This document shows, piece by piece, positions 39,017 through 51,552 of a DNA stretch of 64,000 bases. The position numbers and the translations under genes are program-made. Origin of the DNA: Hydrolagus colliei (taxonomy: Eukaryota). The stretch's first letter is position 1, and each line of letters starts with the position of its first letter. The notes under the pieces are model-generated. The model searched no databases, had not been told where the DNA came from, and saw only the letters and a list, made by a program, of their open reading frames with translations. Location: the NCBI GenBank assembly GCA_035084275.1, contig CM068744.1, positions 20,708,001 to 20,772,000 of the forward strand, written 5' to 3'.

Positions 39017-39103
39017 CTGGAAAAGTAAAAGTCTGTCATGTTATTTTATACATTTGGCTTAGATTAGAGAGGTGTGCCTGTGGTCTCCCACACATTCAAA
39101 ATA

Positions 39104-39836
39104 CAGTAGAAGGCCGTTTATCTGGCACCCGCGGGACCTGGCCAATGCCGGTTAAAGCACGTGCCGGATATTCGGGCGGCCCGCAGCCGAAAACCCACTG
39201 CAAAAAAATTAAAGTTCTTTTAACACACACCATAGACACCAGACTAAGTAAAAACAGATAATAGCAGAATATTATATTGGTACTTTTTGTTAAAACTACT
39301 CTCTTGCGCTTCTCACTTTTACTGATTGAGGTTTACAGTCCCACGATTCCTTTTTCAATGGAGGACGCCAAGCGGGCGAAATAATACGGCAGCGCGATTT
39401 TAAAGTCGCATGACTTTACTAGCTGCAAGCCGAAGCCCTAGACTCTACTAGCGGCAAACCAAAATACTACACCTGCGCGACAATGTGGTTTATCGGTTAG
39501 CGTTATCGGCTTGCTGCTTGTGTGACTTTAAAGTCATATGCGCTCCGTTTTTTTCACCTGTTTGGTGTGCTCCATTTTAAAAAGAATCGCTGGACTATAA
39601 ACCTCAACTGCAGCATCATGGCTTCAAGCGCAGCATCTACCAGAAAAGGTAAAAAGCGCAAGAGAGTAGTTTTACAATAAGTACCAATATAATATTCTGT
39701 TATTATGTTATTATTTATGCATTTACAAATGTTACACTGCTATTGTTCTGGATAAGTTCCAGTTAATTTGTTTTTTGACGTGCCGGTTATACGGAAGTGC
39801 TGGTGCATCAAGTCACAGATAAATGGGCTTCTACTG
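39104..39836. mobile_element. Tigger/pogo-derived foldback MITE
   Basis: TA TSD; TIR cagtagaaggccgtttatctg / cagataaatgggcttctactg; long internal inverted arms; MASSAASTRKGKKRKRVVL (pogo/TIGD-like N-terminus) from 39618. Confidence 0.85.
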
Positions 39837-40374
39837 TAGTTAGTTTATAATTTTCTGTTCTGAGAATCCTTTGCATGCCTGTGTTAAAAACACTCGGGGA
39901 AACAAAAGACAGATTTATCAAAGTAAAAAAAGCAATCTGTCAGTTCACCTCATGGCATTTATACTTTCAGAGATTTTTTCTGATATTTTTCAAGACTATT
40001 GGTTTTGGGATTGGGAAGTGCAGTGCAACCACTGCCTTCAGCACTGGGCATGAGTAACATCAAAATCACAAAAGAGCTGTGGATAAAGGAGGCCTTTTGA
40101 CCCAATTGATCTAATTCTTCCACAATACCCACCATAGTGTCTCCCCATTACAGTATCAAACTGTTTCTTAAATAAGTCAAAGGACTACTGGAAAGGTAGA
40201 AAGGGAATAGGAGTGGGTTAGTGCCATTTACCAAAGCTAACTATGCCTTACTCAAAATAGTGCATCGTCTGTGTATTTTTGTTGGCAATAATGATGCAGT
40301 TATTTTCTTCTCATTTCCATTTGTAAAATCTGCAAATGAAGATTTGATCACCAGATGAAAAACATTTTCTGTTG

Positions 40375-40590
40375 AAACGCAAAATACTGCAGATGCTGGA
40401 AATGTGAAACAAAAACAGAAGTCATTGGGAACACTCAGCAGGTCAGGCAGCATCTATGGAGAAAGGAAAAGTGATTCAACATTTCGTGGACCCAAAACTT
40501 TGACTCACATTTAATTTCTCCATAGAGGCTGCCTGACTTGCCGAGTGTTCCCAGCGACTTATGTTTTGTTTCACATTTCCTGCTGATCTT
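40375..40590. mobile_element. Palindromic Penelope-like (pseudo-LTR) repeat
   Basis: gatgctggaaatgtgaaacaaaaacag...cagcaggtcaggcagcatctatggaga followed by its inverted copy. Confidence 0.7.
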
Positions 40591-42546
40591 GCTGACATTA
40601 ATGAAATATAAAGTGGGAAACATGGTGCTAGAGCACAGTGAAAATAATTCTGTCCAGTTTTGGGCACCTCATTATAGAAAGAACATCCATAGGCAGAGCA
40701 CAGAGAAGATCCACAAAGATCTGAGGCTATTGTTACGTGACAAAACTTGATAAATTGAGACTGCTTTTATTGTAACTTAGAGGGTTAAATATGTGATAAA
40801 AACATGTATTGGGGTCTTGGTAGTCAAAATAAAGAAAGATTGATGAATCAGTAATAAGAGGATTAGCATTGAGGATTATGAGTAGAACAAAATTACATTT
40901 AGGAGGTTGGATTTTATCGAGAATGTGTCTAGAATAAAAATTTCTTTTATTATCACAAATAGCTATACAAATCAAATGCATTTTTTGTTTTTTTAAAAAA
41001 GCCAGTGAGGGATTAGAGATATTAAGGAATATGAAAAAAGAGTGGTGCATAGGATTACATGGAATCTACAGCACCAAAAACAGCCATTCAACCCAATTAG
41101 TCCATGTCGGTGTTTATAATTCTCTGTTTACCCTACCCTATCAGACAGAAAGAGAATAAATCAAATAAAGATCAAATGATAAAATCATAATTTTTATGTT
41201 TTTATAGGGAGCATTAGATCTTAAAGCAAGGGTTTCATTGAAACCCAGTGCCTTGCCTTACCCCCATTGCCCATCAGGCTTCTGTCTTTCATATACCTGG
41301 CTACTTCCCTCTCGAAACTCACAGTGCTCTCTCTACTACCACTTTTTGTGGCAGGACATTACACATCCCAGTAATTCGCTCAATGTAAATATTCTCCTAA
41401 ACTCTCCTTTCACTATTCTTATGAATATCTCATAACTATCGTGTCTAGTCACTACATCTTCTACCAGTAGGTGGAAAACACTCTTCCACAAATGAAGTTG
41501 AAGAAAGAAGCCTGAGAGCTGTTAACAGATTGAACTGTGGAAAACAGAAGGAATAGACAAAGAATGAATAAATCAAAGAATGAATAAATCACTGCCAGCA
41601 GGAAAAATTGACAGAAGCAGAAGTAAATCATTAAAGGTGAGCTACAAGCTTGAAAATACTGACTTTTCCCGAGACAGTAAAAATAATGCCTGGAGATTGT
41701 GAACAAATGTAAGAAAAAGAATTTCCAAGCAGCTGGTCCTGATAGGCTTTGCTGAAATATATTTAGTATTAATCTCACCAATAGTAATTCTGAAAATCTC
41801 TGAGCGATGCCCCTCTCTATGATATTAAATACTGAAAGACTGTAAAATGTGAAATTTGATGTATCAGTATCATTAAAAGTGATAGGTCATGTGCCTTACA
41901 ATTCTACTTAAGCAAGGACTCTGATTATTATCTAGAGGAAATAATTTACTGTAATTTTCAGATGGAATTCAATAAAGGTCTGAACCTGCAGCTGTTAAAA
42001 GGTTAACCCTTAAACTGAAGCTTTAAAAAGGCTATCTCTCAGACTACTGTGCATTCTCTCCCTGTAAGGCTGTATACTGCTCACCTAATTTCAGAGAATA
42101 TTAGGCACAGTTTGGCAAGAGCCAAAGAACGGAACCCCAGAATAAACATTGGGTCCTGCTGGAGGTTCACTGTCTAAAACCACATAGCTTGCCATTCAGA
42201 GCATGGTATGGCAAGCCTTCTGCTGCATGTCCATCTCGGACCAATCTGGTAGTCTGTTTGGACTTTGACTTGCAGTATTAACAAGAGCTAAGCAGAACAG
42301 ACCCTTCTTCCCTCCTTCCTGCATCAGCTCGTGTTTCGGTTAGTTGAACTAATATTGATGATGCGCTCAATTTAATACATTTATGTGTGTAATTTTAGGA
42401 AGGTTGGAGGTGGTCACATCTCAAAAACAAACTCCATTGAAGAGTTTTAACAGTAAAAAGAGAGGTTTGTTTTATTTTGATAAGAAAGATTTTGCTCTTT
42501 CTACAGAGCTCTGTTGCCTTAATCCAGAACCCAACTATATACTGGT

Positions 42547-42640
42547 TGAAAAACAGACATCACTGGGAACACTCAACGGGTCAAGCAGTATCTATGGAGA
42601 AAGGAAAGTGAGTCAACGTTTCGGGTCCACAATCCTTTGT
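42547..42640 (-). mobile_element. Short Penelope-like fragment with 11-bp TSD
   Basis: TSD tatatactggt (42536-42546, 42641-42651); same family as 40375. Confidence 0.75.
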
Positions 42641-43179
42641 TATATACTGGTGCTGATTGATTAGCAGGGTGCTGGGGCCCAATTAACAATAACGGCTGGA
42701 GTCCAGGGTTTATCCTCTTGTCACACCAAGAACAACAACAAAAAATTACATTTATAGAGCACCTTTCATGTCACAGCAATATTCAGAAGGTGATAAAATA
42801 TTCAGAGTATTTTAACGAATGCTTTTCAATCCATGGTGCTTTTCACTACTCCACCAGTTACTTTTGGTTGGAGATATTTTGCCTGTTCAGAAGATTTCTC
42901 ACTAAGAAAAAGGCATGTGAATATGATACGAACCACAGGTCGTTAAGTCGCATGCACACCCACATAATTGTAAAATTTAAATGTTTCTTATGTGCACATC
43001 CCTGATTTGCATGATTGACCAGACACTCAGTTTCCACTTCATCTGATAATGTTACATGGGTTACTTCCTATTCTCAGCCACTCATTTGTCAACCGACATG
43101 TTGCATAGAAATCATATTAAAATAGGTATGGGAGTGCAACATATTGCAAACCTCTTGTGAGCTTTTTCAAAAGGCAATA

Positions 43180-43935
43180 AAGGCTAGATAGTACAATTTT
43201 AAGGGGTGTGAGGGAACAGAGAGATCTGGGGATTTGTGTTAGTGACTCTTTGAAGGTGGCAGGACAGGTAGACAAAGCCGTTAAGAAGACATATGTGATA
43301 CTAGGTTTTATAAATAGGGGTATAGAGTACAAAAGTCAGGAAGTGCTGACTAACCTCTATAAAACTTTGGTTAGGCCTCAGCTGGAGTACTTTGTCCAAT
43401 TCTGGTCACCACACTATAGAAAGGATGTTAAGGCATTGGAAAGGGTGCAAAGAAGGTTTACTAGAATGATACCAGGATTGAGGGACTTCAGTTATGAGGA
43501 AAGGCTAGATAGGCTAGGTTTATTCTCTTAGAACAGAGAAGGTTGAGAGGACACCTAATAGAGGTTTATAAAATCATGAGGAGATTTGACAGGGTGAATA
43601 AGGGAAAACTGTTTCCACAGGTGGGCGAATCTGTGACTCATGGTCACAGATTTAAAATAGTTTCAAAACAAAGCAGAGGGGAGCTAAGGAGAAATTTTTT
43701 CACTCAGTGGGTTGTTTGAATCTGGAATGCATTGCCTGAAAAGGTGGTGGAGGTCGATTCGATAACAGCTTTTTAAAAGAGAATTAGATATTTATTTAGG
43801 GAGAACAGGTCTGTTAGGTTATGGTGAGAGAGCTGGGCAGTGGGATTGAGTTGCTCTTTTCAAAGAGCAACTCAATCCCACAGACTAGATGGGCCGAACG
43901 GCCTCATTTTGTGCCGTAAAATTCTATAATTTTAT
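43180..43935 (+). mobile_element. CR1 LINE 3' fragment
   Basis: EQRDLG...LYKTLVRPQLEYFVQFWSPHYRKDVKALERVQRRFTRMIPGLRDFSYEERLDRLGLFS; CR1-type 3'UTR. Confidence 0.95.
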
Positions 43936-45079
43936 GAAATTCAAATATACTTTTCATAAATGACAAAACTTTGTCCCATAATGCCTGACTCAGGGTCATC
44001 ACCAACCATTGTGGTAGAATCAATAAATTCATGGCTGTTTGTGGGGCATTGCTGTGTAAAGATAAACTGCCTTATTTTGCTTACAGAATACAAACTCACT
44101 GCACTTTACAGATGTCCTGTGAAATGCTTTGTGATATTTTCCCGATGTGAAAGGTGCAAATGTAAAGGTTAATATTATTACTAAATGTTAAATGTGTAAT
44201 TTGTTTTTACTGTGTGATATTTTATCTATCCGTAAAATTAACTTAATTGAAACAAAAAAGTCTATTATTTCGCTCTTTACCTTCAATGTGTTTTTCCTCC
44301 TTTACCTCTTTCAATTAAGGGTTAGGTTATGTGTAAGCCGACCTTTAGGTATGTTGACTGCTTATCCTTATGAGTAGAATTTGTGCTCGCATCAGAATGT
44401 TGAGCTTGAATTGGTAATCCTTAGACTTCCTAATGATATTACATTATTCATTCAAGGGAGTCCTGTCTTCTGAAAGTTGTAAGTTAACAGGAAACAAATG
44501 TTGATGAACAATGTGGTTTGGTCTTATTCCCAATATTATATCCAGAATTGGGGATACAGCAGGTCAGTGTGGTGTATTTGAGTTACTGCCACAATCATTA
44601 TTTGTGACTTAAAAGAGAATTCTGTTATGAATATTATATTTGCACAGCCCTCCACCTATTAAAAGGTTGAGGGGTGGAATTTCACTCAGGCCTCAATTAA
44701 CTCTATAGTGGTAAATTACTTTATAAATGCAAAAATCTGACCTCAAAGTTAAGAGACAATTACACAATTTGTCAAATGCTGGACACTCTGAAATGCTGTT
44801 AGTATTGTAAATCTAGACCTAGATGAATGTTTATTCCAAGGGTTTTCAGTGATATTCCTTTTATTTCTAAGATTAACTTATCCCCTCCTCTGAGTGTGAC
44901 CAATCATTCAAACAAGTGTTGTATAAAGATTTCAGAATCACAGCCTAAGTAAATTAATTGAATCCACCCCAATAATTGGCTGCATTGCTGTTAATGCATA
45001 GCTATCATAATCTATCATGCTCTATAGACATCAAAATGGGAACAACCAACTTTACAACTGCTAAGTTGTATGTTTATAC

Positions 45080-45661
45080 CTCATTGAACATTATTGGATG
45101 TTAAAATTAACATCAGGCAAATTATGTAACTTCCTAAGTGTTTAGATCCAAAGCACCTGGAACAGGTATAATACACCCCAGAATCCTTTTGAACTAAGAG
45201 TGTCGAATATGTGGATTTCTGTTTAATACAGTATTTACAGAATTGTCTTTTTTGTCCTGTGAATTCCTATGTTTCTATTTGTGTGATCAGTTACTTTAAC
45301 AGCCGAATTTGTATTATTGAAAATTTCTCGACTGTTATCAGAATATTCTAGCTTCCTTGGGAGAAGCAGGGTGCCCTGAGGTTGATTTGAACATTCCCCC
45401 GAAAACCTAAATATATTGAGTAGAGTTCATCATGGTGGATAAATTGTGCATATGCTTTTGTAAACTGAGTTGATGGGTTTAGCTATGTTATCTTGCTCCT
45501 TTGCTTTGTTGCCATCTTCTGAATGGTGAATTACCTTACCGCTGGTTCAACCATCTGTTGGTTTCTTCTCGGAATATGTGCAAATTCTCCCACTAGTTTT
45601 CAAATCAATATTTGCATGAAAGCTTACCAATTGGATGTGGGAACCGTGCAGTTACACACCA
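45080..45661 (-). pseudogene. Large pseudo-exon
   Basis: ttttcattattgttcag acceptor; LHGSHIQLVSFHANIDLKTSGRICTYSEKKPTDG*TSGKVIHHSEDGNKAKEQDNIAKP...; several stops. Confidence 0.5.
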
Positions 45662-47228
45662 CTGAACAATAATGAAAAGCAATCTTGCTATAAACCTATG
45701 CCCAAGATTGTTTGCGGGGGATACTGCTGTGCACAATTGGCTGCTGAGTTTCACCAACAAAATGTACAGTCAATTCTCATTGCAGTCTTCTTTAAATGTA
45801 CAGTCTATGCTTTGAGAAGTCTTGAACACATGATAAGGTACAATTTAAAATGCAAGGATTATTATCATTATGTCTTATGTGCCGTTTGGAAGAGTCCTGC
45901 ACTTAAATCTTATTTTCCCTTGTAACGGTAGATGGTATCTATTTTGGACAGAGCTAAAGGGTATCTGTCAACATTAATTTTCCAATCCTGTGTTTTATCT
46001 CCTAAATTTGTCACTCAGCAGGAAGCAGTTGGTTTGCTGTCATTAGGAATCAGTTTATCCCAATTCCTCACATGCTCTCGGTCAGAAACAATTAAAGAAC
46101 TCCAGCAAATGATTTTACAATCAAATATTACATAAAAGCTGTCATGGAATGGACAAATTCTTACAAGTAGTAACTGTTCAAATAAATATTACCTGAATGC
46201 AAAATAATATATTTTGGGGAGCAATTTGAAATGTGTGAAATTAAAACTAACACTGGTGACGATCATTCAATATTGCTACTTATTTTGTCTAAGATTTAAT
46301 TATTTATTGCATATTAGTTTGCGCAACAGATCTACATGTGATACCTGAATTGCCATACCAAACTAAAACAACAAATTGCATTTATACAGCACACTTTTGC
46401 CAGGAAGATGTCCAAAGGGGCTGGACGAAATGGTTTGATTTTGTTCTAGTTCCTTACAAATGCACTGTTTAATTGTTTGAAGACGAACCAGGTGTTGTCT
46501 TCCTTGTAGAGTTAAACTCCAATCATACCTTGCCTTGTGTTATGATAAATAACCAACAACAGATGACTCTATACAGTAGTTTGATAATGCTTGCATTTTA
46601 GCACCCTTGTGTATATAATGCAATTAATGAATATGAATATACAGGACCAGAAACCAAATATTGCAGCCTATCTGACAGTGCCAAAGAACAAAAAACAATG
46701 ATAAGACTATATTTTTGATACCCCTTTATCGATTTATTCACCAAATATCTATCACTATCAAGAGAACTAACACTCTCAGTAAAATAGTTATATGTAAACT
46801 GTCTCTTCATATTGCCTCTTCTGAGTTTGTGACAAGGTTTAACACATTACTGTATTCTAGTTCAACTGATCCATACCCATTAACATTTTAAATACTTCAA
46901 TAAGATCACCTCTGAGAGTTCACTGGTGGGAACATTCTCAGCTTCAGTAACCATTCCTTGCACATCAAGAGCCTAACACCAGCGATTGATTCTGACCTTA
47001 CTACAATAGTACAGTGTCGTTACTACAATACTACAGCCATAATTTTACATAGGATTGCCAATCACTAATACTTGCTTGGTTTCTGACCTCCATTTGATCA
47101 CCACTGAAGGGTGTCAAAATTAGTATAATTTAATGATTCCCCATGGTTAACTATTCCAAGATATTTAGTAGAAATTGCCAGGAGATACTAAAGTATCTTT
47201 CCCGAATGTGAACTGACACTACCCTTGG

Positions 47229-47732
47229 TTAAATCCACACTTCGATGTATATTGAGCTCTTTATATCTGAATGCCTGTCTTCATATATCTGGCTCAAGAC
47301 CAGAATGACAGCATTTTTGCTCAGAAGTGCAACTGGAAAATATAACTTCAGACTGTTTGTATCGAGGGCTACATCCTTCTTATTTTTTGCTTGGGTAAAG
47401 AGAGTTAACCAAAGATCAAAAAGATGAATTCCAAATCCCCAAAAGCTAAGGTAAACTGAATGATGAGGAAGAGGAAATGGATTAAAGTTAGTAGCATCAG
47501 AAGAGGAGCCAGCACAGCTATAAATATTGAATGGCCTCCTTCTTTCTAAACATTCTGTAATTTTATGATCTAATTTCATAGTAGTGTTTTGAGTCATTAC
47601 TCCCACCATTTGCCCCTTTTGGATATTACTCAAATGCTCAACAGGAGACATTAATATTGCGAATGTAATGCCAGTTGTGAATAAGTTAGTAAAATGTGTT
47701 ATCAATCCACCAAAGTGAAATAAAAGAAACAC
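47229..47732 (-). pseudogene. Longest open non-repeat frame (167 aa), probable exon remnant
   Basis: ...NPFPLPHHSVYLSFWGFGIHLFDLWLTLFTQAKNKKDVALD...; no TE motifs; same strand as the other exons; boundaries uncertain. Confidence 0.55.
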
Positions 47733-48149
47733 TCATCAATTATTGCAATACCAAATAAATGTAGTACATTGCTCGAATAATCAAAGACAACATCTCTAAC
47801 AAGCAGGGACCTAAAACCTGAGTAAATTCATCACTTATTTTGTACGTGATATAAATATATTTCAAATTGTAAAATTGCACAAAGGCTTTCTCTCTTGGGG
47901 TTTTTATCCCACAATATACTAATAGAGGGAACTTGTAGTTATTGTGAGTATGGTAAGAGTTAAAGATGCCAGTGCCGAAAGTAAATAACTTATAAAGCAG
48001 GTGTTGATTCTAAAGAACTAATTAGCAAATTGCATTTTTGTCTTGTTAAACAATAAATGTTTACCTTCATCAATAATCTCATGTGAAGTGGAGTGAATGT
48101 GTATTTGGCAAACACAGCAGCCCAATTGTGCAATAACCACAAACAAAAC

Positions 48150-48725
48150 ACAAAATACTACAGATGCTGGAAATCTGAAACAAAAACAAAAGTTGGTAGG
48201 GACATTCAGCAGGTCAGGCATATCCATAGAGAAAGGGACTGTTTCCCCTGGTAGGAGAATCAGGGGAAACAGGAGAATCTATAACCAGGGGTCACAGTCT
48301 CACCCTTAATTTTAAGACTGTGACCCCTGGTTATAGATTCTAAAAAAATTTAGAACAGAGTTGAGAAAACATTTATTTACTCAGAGGGTAGTGAATTTAT
48401 GGAATTCACTACCCCAGAAGGCTGTAGATGCTCAGTCCTTGAAATTTTCAAGGCTGAGACTGATAGATTTTTGAAAAATAGAGGGATTAGGGGATATGGG
48501 GATAGGGCAGGTAATCAGAGTTAGGTCAGAAGATCAGCCATGATCTTATTGAATGACGGAGCAGGCTCGAAGGGCCGAATGGCCTACGCCTGCTCCTAAT
48601 TCTTATGTTCTTAAAGTGAGTCAGTTCTGACAAAGGGTCGTCGACCTGAAATGTTGACTCATTTTCCTTTCTCAATGTATGCTGCCTGACCTGCTGAGAT
48701 TTCCCAGCAACTTCTGTTTTTGTTG
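48150..48725. mobile_element. Penelope-like palindrome interrupted by a CR1 3' fragment (about 48237-48612)
   Basis: Left arm 48150-48236, right arm 48613-48725; CR1 3'UTR gggccgaatggcctacgcctgctcctaattcttatgttctt. Confidence 0.75.
48618..48660 (+). ncRNA. Degenerate minimal type I hammerhead ribozyme motif
   Basis: Stem I gagtca/tgactc; core CTGACAA (consensus CUGANGA, mutated); stem II ggtc-gtc-gacc; GAAA. Confidence 0.5.
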
Positions 48726-49044
48726 TGCAATAACCACTTTTATTTGGGGGTTGTTGGCCAGAACATTGACAGAATCAGTTGCCTAAAGCACAAAATCTAT
48801 CCATGTTTTGATTGACTCTCTGTCTATTAAGTTTTAAGACAGTTGAACAAACTTGTACTACTTTCCAATTGTGGATTACCAAAGTTGGAAGAAAAGAGAG
48901 AATTTCTTTAAAAAACAGAATTAAAGGAAAAAAAAGTTGGAAACAAACACAACAGAAGGATTCAAAAGTTAAATATATTAAAATATTGTGCAGTAAAATA
49001 AAAAAGAATAGGAAAGATAGTGGAAGGAGAAAGGGATGACAGTA

Positions 49045-49350
49045 TAATGATAATAACAATCATCCTTGCATTTGATATAGCACTTTTCATGTCTTCTAGA
49101 TGTCTCAAAGCGCTTCTCAGAATATACCATGAAGTGGATTGACTGTGTATTTTGTGGGCAAAGCACAGAAGCCAATTGCACATAACAGTGTTCCATGTAC
49201 AGTTACAGATTGCATGACCACATTATCGTTGTTTTTTTTCTTAAGCGATCAATATCAGGCGTGTTGAATAAGGAAACTTGCCTAAGATTGCCCCTGCTGG
49301 GGAATCAAACCCAGGTATCCCACTTGTGTTCTAAGAACTGAGCTACAGGA
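49045..49350 (-). mobile_element. tRNA/Deu SINE
   Basis: Family consensus core and tail. Confidence 0.85.
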
Positions 49351-49529
49351 AATGAGCAGCTTATCTGGGGGATTGTCAGCCAGCACACTGAGAGAAACAA
49401 CCTTTTCTTGCCAATAGCTTTGTGGGTCGTTAACCTGAACAGAAAGAAAGGTCTTTGTTATGAAGTGTCTTCCCCCAGCACAGTGATACTCCACTAGCCC
49501 TGCGCGAGGAGATAGGTGATGGGACGTCA

Positions 49530-50215
49530 CTGTAAGCACAGTTGATAAGGAAGGTTTTCAGACACAATGTAATGAAAGGGAGAGAGACAGTAAGGCCGAA
49601 TGATTGAGGGAGAGTGTTCCACAACTTTGGGGAATAGTGGCTAAGAGCGTGTAAGCTCCAACAGTGGAGCAGAGGGTTCAAGGGACAATTAGGAGGCTGG
49701 TGCCAGTCACGCAAATGCCTGTTGGTGGTGGGGAATGAGGAGGTCTTGAAGTTGATCTGGTCAGTGATAAAAAGCCAGTGAAGCCTGGCCAGAACTGGTG
49801 AGGTGGGGTATGGTGATTCTTCCAGGTAAGTATGCGAACAGCAGAGTTCTGAATGAGCTGGACTTTTTGAAGCTGGGGAAACTAAAAGAGTGTGTTTGAG
49901 TAATCCAGAGGCAGGTGACAAACACATTTACAAGGAGTTTGGTTGCATTTTTGGTAAAGTATGGTTGGAGGCAGGCAATGTGGTGGAGATGGAGGAAGGT
50001 GGTTCTGATTAGGAAACGGATGTAGGGGATGGAAAACAATGAAGGGTCAAACCGGATGCTAAGATTGGGCACCAGTTTGGTGAGTCTGAGGGAGTGCCTA
50101 GGAAGGAATCCGCAGGAGTGAAGACATTGACAGGAGCAAAAAAGTATGGCTTCCGACTGGTCCACATTCAGCTGCAGGAGATTTGTACTCATCCAGGCCC
50201 TGATGTCTCCCAATT
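49530..50215 (-). mobile_element. Old L2 ORF2 fragment
   Basis: DIRAWMSTNLLQLNVDQSEAILF; PVLARLHWL. Confidence 0.8.
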
Positions 50216-51076
50216 TTGGGAAAGGTTTAAAATGTTTATTTTCTATTGCATTTTCTATATTTATTTTAGTGATGTAAGATTAATAATACTGTACTAAAGG
50301 TATCCTTAATGCTTGAATAACATTTTATGTGATTCTTTTAGCATCACTATCTGACAGCTGAAACAGTACAGAATTACCTGACTGCCAGTGATCTGAGTCT
50401 CTATAGACTTGCAGCCAATCTGATCTTCCATTCTTACTTGATTCCTTGTTATCTAACAAGCCTCATTTCCAGTCTCTATCTTGGACCCACACCAGGAAAA
50501 TGCATGTCCCAATTGCATGAACAAAACAACTCCAATCTCTCGACTTTGTAAGGCAATTTAAGTTTAAGTTGAGCATGGAATTGAAGTCACTAGGACAAGA
50601 CCCGGGCAATATATTTTTTCTCACCAAACTAGATATTCTAACTGCTTAAGGAAGATGGGGGTATTTCCCAATGATCCATACATTTATCATACTTGGCAGC
50701 GATTTAGTAAGGGATTTGCCTGCCCCTCCATTACTCGAGCATCCTACCAGGGTAAGTGGAAATTCTCACTCACAATCTTAGTAATGTCTTTAATAAATGA
50801 AACAGAATCCTGAATACGACAGATTGTACCTGCCCGGTGGAATGGGCAGACTTTGTGTTTCATTATTTTTTTCACATTCTTTATTTTCGTCAACTTACTG
50901 GCAGACTAACTATTCCTTACAGACCTACAGGTCACTTAAGTAGGTCTTAACAAATGCTAACAACTCAAAGCATACAGATATCCTAAGGGGAAAGACAAAC
51001 AGTATTCATTTCCCATGCTGAATTTGAACACACACAGTCATTACAAATTATGCAAAGCACTGTACAGGGTCCCTAC

Positions 51077-51468
51077 CAATATCTATCATCACACAGTTGC
51101 CTTATTACCAAGCACTCATCTCAGCTGCTTCTGGAACCCTGTGGTCTCACATCTTTAGTGCTGGTTCCTGGAAATATAGGTTATTTTGGGTCATCGCTGA
51201 GATCAGCAAAGCATCAGCTGTACAACTCAAAAGCTTGTGTCAGGTGGTTACTAAGATTTTTTGGTCAAAATCTGTAAAGTTATTTTATTCATCCGGTGAA
51301 AATTTCTCCCATTATTTTCAACCTCTTGTTCCTGACACAAAGTATTCCTCTAACTTACTTGGAGGTCCTGAGGATCACCCACCAGTAAGGTTTGTTATAG
51401 ACTGCTCAGTCATTGCCTATGTTCGGGTCAGGTACAGCTAAAATGCTGATCCTTGCAGAATTGTTTCC
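51077..51468 (-). pseudogene. Two pseudo-exons joined by an 87-bp intron (51272-51358)
   Basis: caa|gtaagt...actttacag; spliced frame AVPDPNIGND*AVYNKPYWWVILRTSK|FDQKILVTT*HKLLSCTADALLISAMTQNNLYFQEPALKM*DHRV. Confidence 0.65.
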
Positions 51469-51552
51469 CTGTTTCCTACTGGAACCTGTTTCCCGCCATT
51501 TTAAAGATTGTCCCGGTGGGCAACGAGGACAAGGAGCGATTGCTGAACTATT

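Noticed and set aside
51077-51468. Selenoprotein or readthrough interpretation of the in-frame TGA codons
   Set aside because: TAA/TAG stops, frameshifts and TE insertions also occur in this and other exons, and I saw no SECIS element.
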